IMG/VR virus record: IMGVR_UViG_3300035126_000207
Location: 1-56,560 of that record
Source: a virus
Lineage: Duplodnaviria; Caudoviricetes
Length of the DNA: 56,560 nucleotides
Direction: 5' to 3' (one strand)
Below are positions 53,281-56,560 of this stretch, one piece after another (the first letter of the stretch is position 1; each line of letters begins with the position of its first letter). The notes under the pieces are model-generated. The model did not search any database, was not told the DNA's origin, and saw only the letters and a program-made list of their open reading frames with translations. Position numbers and translations under genes: made by a program.

Positions 53281-54435
53281 ATGCCGAATTTCTCCGCAAA
53301 ATGGGGCTTGATGGAGCAACTGCAGGCCGTGGCCGCAGGGACGTGGACGGGGTTGCCGACGTATGAGTTGTATGCGTGGGGGCAGAATAGCAGCGGGACG
53401 CTTGGACTAAACGACAGAAATGGGCGTTCTAGCCCGTCTCAAGTTGGAACACTAACCAATTGGGATGCAAGCTCGTCTGGCCAAGGCTTTATAGGTGCCT
53501 TGAAAAGCGATGGCACCTTGTGGATGTCTGGGTCAAACAATAACGGGCAGCTCGGAGACAACAGTGTTATCAATAGATCAAGCCCTGTTCAAGTCGGGTT
53601 ACTGTCGGACTGGTCTGTAATCGCCTGCGGCGCTGGGTTTACCGTTGCAGTAAAAAACAACAACACGCTTTGGGCTTGGGGGTACGGAGATGCGGGGCGG
53701 TTGGCAAACAACTCATACTCTAACCGATCAAGCCCGATTCAAGTCGGGGCGCTAACAAATTGGGCCAATGCAAAAACTTCTTTGGTTAGTGTCGGCCACG
53801 CAGCTGCAGTAAAGACTGACGGCACTCTTTGGACGTGGGGTAGCAATGCTGTAGGCCAGCTTGGGGTTGGAAACACTATATCCCGCTCCAGCCCAGTTCA
53901 GGTTGGGGCGCTTACAGACTGGAGCATAATTGCTGTGGGCGTAGGAAACGTTGGTTCGATTAAGGCTGATGGAACTTTGTGGACTTGGGGTGAGAATGCA
54001 AACGGTCAGCTTGGGAACGGGCTATCCGGAATCGGTAACAGGGCTTCTAGCCCTGTAAAGATTGGGGCTCTTACCGACTGGTCTAAACTTAGCGCCGGAA
54101 GCTATTGTTTTATGGCCGTAAAAACTGACGGCACGCTTTGGGCGTGGGGCAACAATACGCAAGGGGAACTCGGACAGGACAACGTTATCGCGCGGTCTTC
54201 TCCGGTGCAAATTGGTGCCCTCACAACTTGGTCAAGCGTTTCCGGCCCCTCAGCCATCAAAAATGACGGGACACTTTGGGCTTGGGGTTCCAACGCCAGC
54301 GGCCAAGTTGGCGATGGAACCGTTGTTCGTCGTTCGAGTCCTGTTCAAATTGGCTCCTCGACCGCGTGGCTCAGTACTAGCAAAAATGATGGGTCAGGTG
54401 TTTCAACGGCCATCTACCAAGGCTCCACCAACTAA
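53281..54435 (+). CDS. RCC1-repeat 7-bladed propeller protein no. 2
   Basis: Short N-terminal FSAKWGL.EQLQA.AAGTW, then seven RCC1 repeats. Confidence 0.9.
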   Translation: MPNFSAKWGLMEQLQAVAAGTWTGLPTYELYAWGQNSSGTLGLNDRNGRSSPSQVGTLTNWDASSSGQGFIGALKSDGTLWMSGSNNNGQLGDNSVINRSSPVQVGLLSDWSVIACGAGFTVAVKNNNTLWAWGYGDAGRLANNSYSNRSSPIQVGALTNWANAKTSLVSVGHAAAVKTDGTLWTWGSNAVGQLGVGNTISRSSPVQVGALTDWSIIAVGVGNVGSIKADGTLWTWGENANGQLGNGLSGIGNRASSPVKIGALTDWSKLSAGSYCFMAVKTDGTLWAWGNNTQGELGQDNVIARSSPVQIGALTTWSSVSGPSAIKNDGTLWAWGSNASGQVGDGTVVRRSSPVQIGSSTAWLSTSKNDGSGVSTAIYQGSTN

Positions 54436-56252
54436 TGCCCCAGAAAACCTTCCACTTCCTCGCAGGCCTTCCCCGCTCGGGCAGCACCGTCCTTGCCGCG
54501 CTCTTGAACCAGCATCCCGACCTTCACGCCAGCCCCACCAGCGGCATGGGCGAGGTGATGTTTAACACGTTCAAGGCGTGGCAGGGCAGCTCGGCTGAGC
54601 AGGCGGCACCGGACGAAGACCAGATCAAGGCTGTGCTGCGCGGCATCATGGACGCCAAGTACGCCAAGGTGGAAAAGCCTGTCGTGATCGACAAGGCGCG
54701 GAACTGGGCAGAGGTCTCAAGCCTCCGGGTGCTGCACGAACTTCTGGGCCGAAAGCCGAAGATCATCGCCACCGTTCGCAACATCGACGACTGCGCGGCA
54801 TCCTTCGTGCGCGTGGCGAAGCCCAACGATGTCGAGGACTTCCTCCGCAACAGCGACCTGATCGACCACCTCAAGAAGTCCTATCAGGTGCTTCTGACGG
54901 GCTTCAACTACGACAAGTCCTGCTTCCTCTTTGTCGAGTACGAAGACCTGATCGCCGACCCCAAGAAGCAGCTGGCCCGCATCCACGAGTTTCTTGAGAT
55001 CGGCGACTTCGACTACGACTTCAACCACCTCGACGAGCATGCCCCCAAGGAGCGCGACGAGGAAATCTGGCAGGTGCCGGGCCTGCACACGGTGGCACCG
55101 AAGCTGGCCAAGCGTCACAACGAAGACTCCGCCGACATCCTCCAGCACATGCGCCAGAACTTCGTGCAGCCCTGCTTCTGGCGCGAGAAGCCGCTGACGA
55201 CCGAGATGATCCACCCGCTCGACATGCAGTTGGCCGCCGGGATCATTGGCGACTTCAAGCGCGGCGAGGAGATCGCTCAGGAGCTGGCGATCAAGGAGCC
55301 GAAGAACCATCGCGCGGCCTTCAATCGCGGCTGGTACGAGATGCGCAAGGGTCACCTGCACGACGGCATGATGCTGCTTGAGCGTGGCCGGATTGAGAAG
55401 GTTTTCGGCAACGAGGCACCGAAAGTGCCGACGCCGCTCTGGGATGGGCAGCAGGTCGGCACCGCGCTCTTGAACCTTGAGGCGGGCTTGGGCGACCAAA
55501 TCCACGGCCTGCGCTTTGCCCGCGAGTTGAAGAAGCGCGGCAATCAGGTCATCGTGGCCTGCTCCGGGCCGCTGGCCTTGGTGGCACGTCAGGCCGAGGG
55601 CGTGGACATGGTCATCCAGCACGAGGCTGCCTTCGGCGTGGTGCATGACTTCTGGCTGCCCAGCATGACGGCCAGCCTGCCCATGCGGTGGCAGTACAAG
55701 GACATCGACGGGTCGGCCTATCTGCCGCGCCCGCACACGAAGGGTGCCAAGCTGCGGATCGGCCTGCGCTGGCAGGGCAACCCCGAGTTCGAGCATCAGC
55801 AGCATCGGCTCTTCCCGGCGCAGCTTCTCTTTAACGCGGTGCGGGGCTTGGATGTCGAGTACGTCAGCCTGCAGCGTGACGAGGGCGCGCAGCATCGGCC
55901 CGCGTGGGTTCGGGAGTTGAACCTTTCTTCGTGGTCGGACACAGCTTCGGCTGTTGCATCTTGCGATCTTGTGATATCGTCATGCACATCGGTGGCTCAC
56001 TTGGCTGGTGCCATGGGCGTTCCGACATGGATTGTGGTTCCGGTGTTGCCGTATTATCTTTGGGCTAAGCCGGGACAGCGGACGGAGTGGTACGACAGCG
56101 TTCGCCTCTTCCGTCAGAGTGGACATGGGGACTGGACGACAGTCTTTGGGGAATTGAAAAAGGAGCTTCAGCATGCCTACGAAAACGGGCTTCTGGATTC
56201 GGGTCAAGAACGGTCAGGTTACGGACGTCTGGGACTACAAGCCGTCGGCTGA
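54435..56252 (+). CDS. Sulfotransferase-TPR-glycosyltransferase (GT9-like) fusion
   Basis: GLPRSGST (PAPS 5'PSB), VRN....ASF, VEYEDL; TPR-like HRAAFNRGW; PLWDG, EAGLGDQI, IGLRWQG, DLVISSCTSVAHLAGAMGVPTW. Confidence 0.85.
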   Translation: MPQKTFHFLAGLPRSGSTVLAALLNQHPDLHASPTSGMGEVMFNTFKAWQGSSAEQAAPDEDQIKAVLRGIMDAKYAKVEKPVVIDKARNWAEVSSLRVLHELLGRKPKIIATVRNIDDCAASFVRVAKPNDVEDFLRNSDLIDHLKKSYQVLLTGFNYDKSCFLFVEYEDLIADPKKQLARIHEFLEIGDFDYDFNHLDEHAPKERDEEIWQVPGLHTVAPKLAKRHNEDSADILQHMRQNFVQPCFWREKPLTTEMIHPLDMQLAAGIIGDFKRGEEIAQELAIKEPKNHRAAFNRGWYEMRKGHLHDGMMLLERGRIEKVFGNEAPKVPTPLWDGQQVGTALLNLEAGLGDQIHGLRFARELKKRGNQVIVACSGPLALVARQAEGVDMVIQHEAAFGVVHDFWLPSMTASLPMRWQYKDIDGSAYLPRPHTKGAKLRIGLRWQGNPEFEHQQHRLFPAQLLFNAVRGLDVEYVSLQRDEGAQHRPAWVRELNLSSWSDTASAVASCDLVISSCTSVAHLAGAMGVPTWIVVPVLPYYLWAKPGQRTEWYDSVRLFRQSGHGDWTTVFGELKKELQHAYENGLLDSGQERSGYGRLGLQAVG

Positions 56253-56560
56253 CAAGCTGGCGTCTGAGCCCGGCTGGCGTGAGGCTGTCGAGGTTCACCC
56301 CGACATCGTCCCGAACCGCGAGATTTACACCACGCACCACTTCAACATCGACGCAGAACCTGCGCAGATTGTTTGGGGTTCGCGCGAGGTGAGCGTCGAG
56401 GAGCGTCAGGAGATGCTCATCTCGGCGCAGAAGGCTGCCTATACCGCAGTCGTGAACGCCGAGGCGGCGAAGGAGGTCAACGACAACCCGGATGACTTCT
56501 ACGACGCCGCCGTTGCTGCGGCTGCCAAGGCGACTCGCGATGCGAACATCGTGGCCATCA
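56173..56560 (+). CDS. 5' part of the 143-aa join-spanning ORF (ends at 171); possible tail-fibre assembly protein
   Basis: AGGAG RBS, ATG 56173, open through the terminal repeat. Confidence 0.8.
   Translation, partial: MPTKTGFWIRVKNGQVTDVWDYKPSADKLASEPGWREAVEVHPDIVPNREIYTTHHFNIDAEPAQIVWGSREVSVEERQEMLISAQKAAYTAVVNAEAAKEVNDNPDDFYDAAVAAAAKATRDANIVAI
56434..56560. repeat. 127-bp exact terminal direct repeat, copy 2
   Basis: Identical to 1-127. Confidence 0.97.

Noticed and set aside
51874-54435. CRISPR-like array (regular ~150-bp periodicity)
   Set aside because: The repeats are degenerate, in frame and protein-coding; no cas genes.
56434-56560. Biological direct terminal repeat
   Set aside because: It is exactly 127 nt, a common assembler k-mer size, and lies in the middle of a gene. 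It is best read as a circular-assembly overlap, not a packaging end.
1-56560. Specific host assignment or alternative genetic code
   Set aside because: Spanin-like genes point to a Gram-negative host, but nothing visible fixes the taxon. Genes end normally at TAA, TGA and TAG with no sign of recoding.

Overview
This window is a complete, circularly assembled genome of a tailed dsDNA phage: bases 1-127 are repeated exactly at 56434-56560, giving a 56,433-bp circle, and one ORF reads through the join. It has a P22/podovirus-like layout. (i) A short minus-strand arm of small accessory genes (18.8-23.7 kb). (ii) A recombination/replication block with SF2 helicase, VRR-NUC nuclease, YqaJ exonuclease, SSB, Sak4-like ATPase, a DUF3987-like helicase and an AT-rich putative origin (23.8-31.8 kb). 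(iii) A long plus-strand late arm: TerS, TerL, a multidomain lysozyme-containing protein, portal, HNH endonuclease, GroES, scaffold, major capsid, adaptors and tail fibre, continuing across the join into lysis genes, tail proteins and four large putative ejection proteins. I see no integrase, DNA or RNA polymerase, primase, tRNA, CRISPR array or reverse transcriptase. The most striking part is a contiguous locus of about 10 kb across the join (51.9 kb to 5.5 kb). It has three paralogous 7-bladed RCC1-repeat proteins interleaved with a sulfotransferase-TPR-GT9-like fusion, a GT25 glycosyltransferase, a methyltransferase and a near-complete NDP-heptose pathway (split HldE kinase and nucleotidyltransferase, HAD phosphatase, HldD epimerase, and a cupin where GmhA is missing). 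This is a candidate virion-adhesin glycosylation system. Other points of note: a shared [FYM]A.GG motif in at least 6 late proteins, an Acb2/Tad1-like sponge candidate, two homing-endonuclease footprints and several structured intergenic RNAs. All calls come from motif recognition by eye; no database search or folding program was run.
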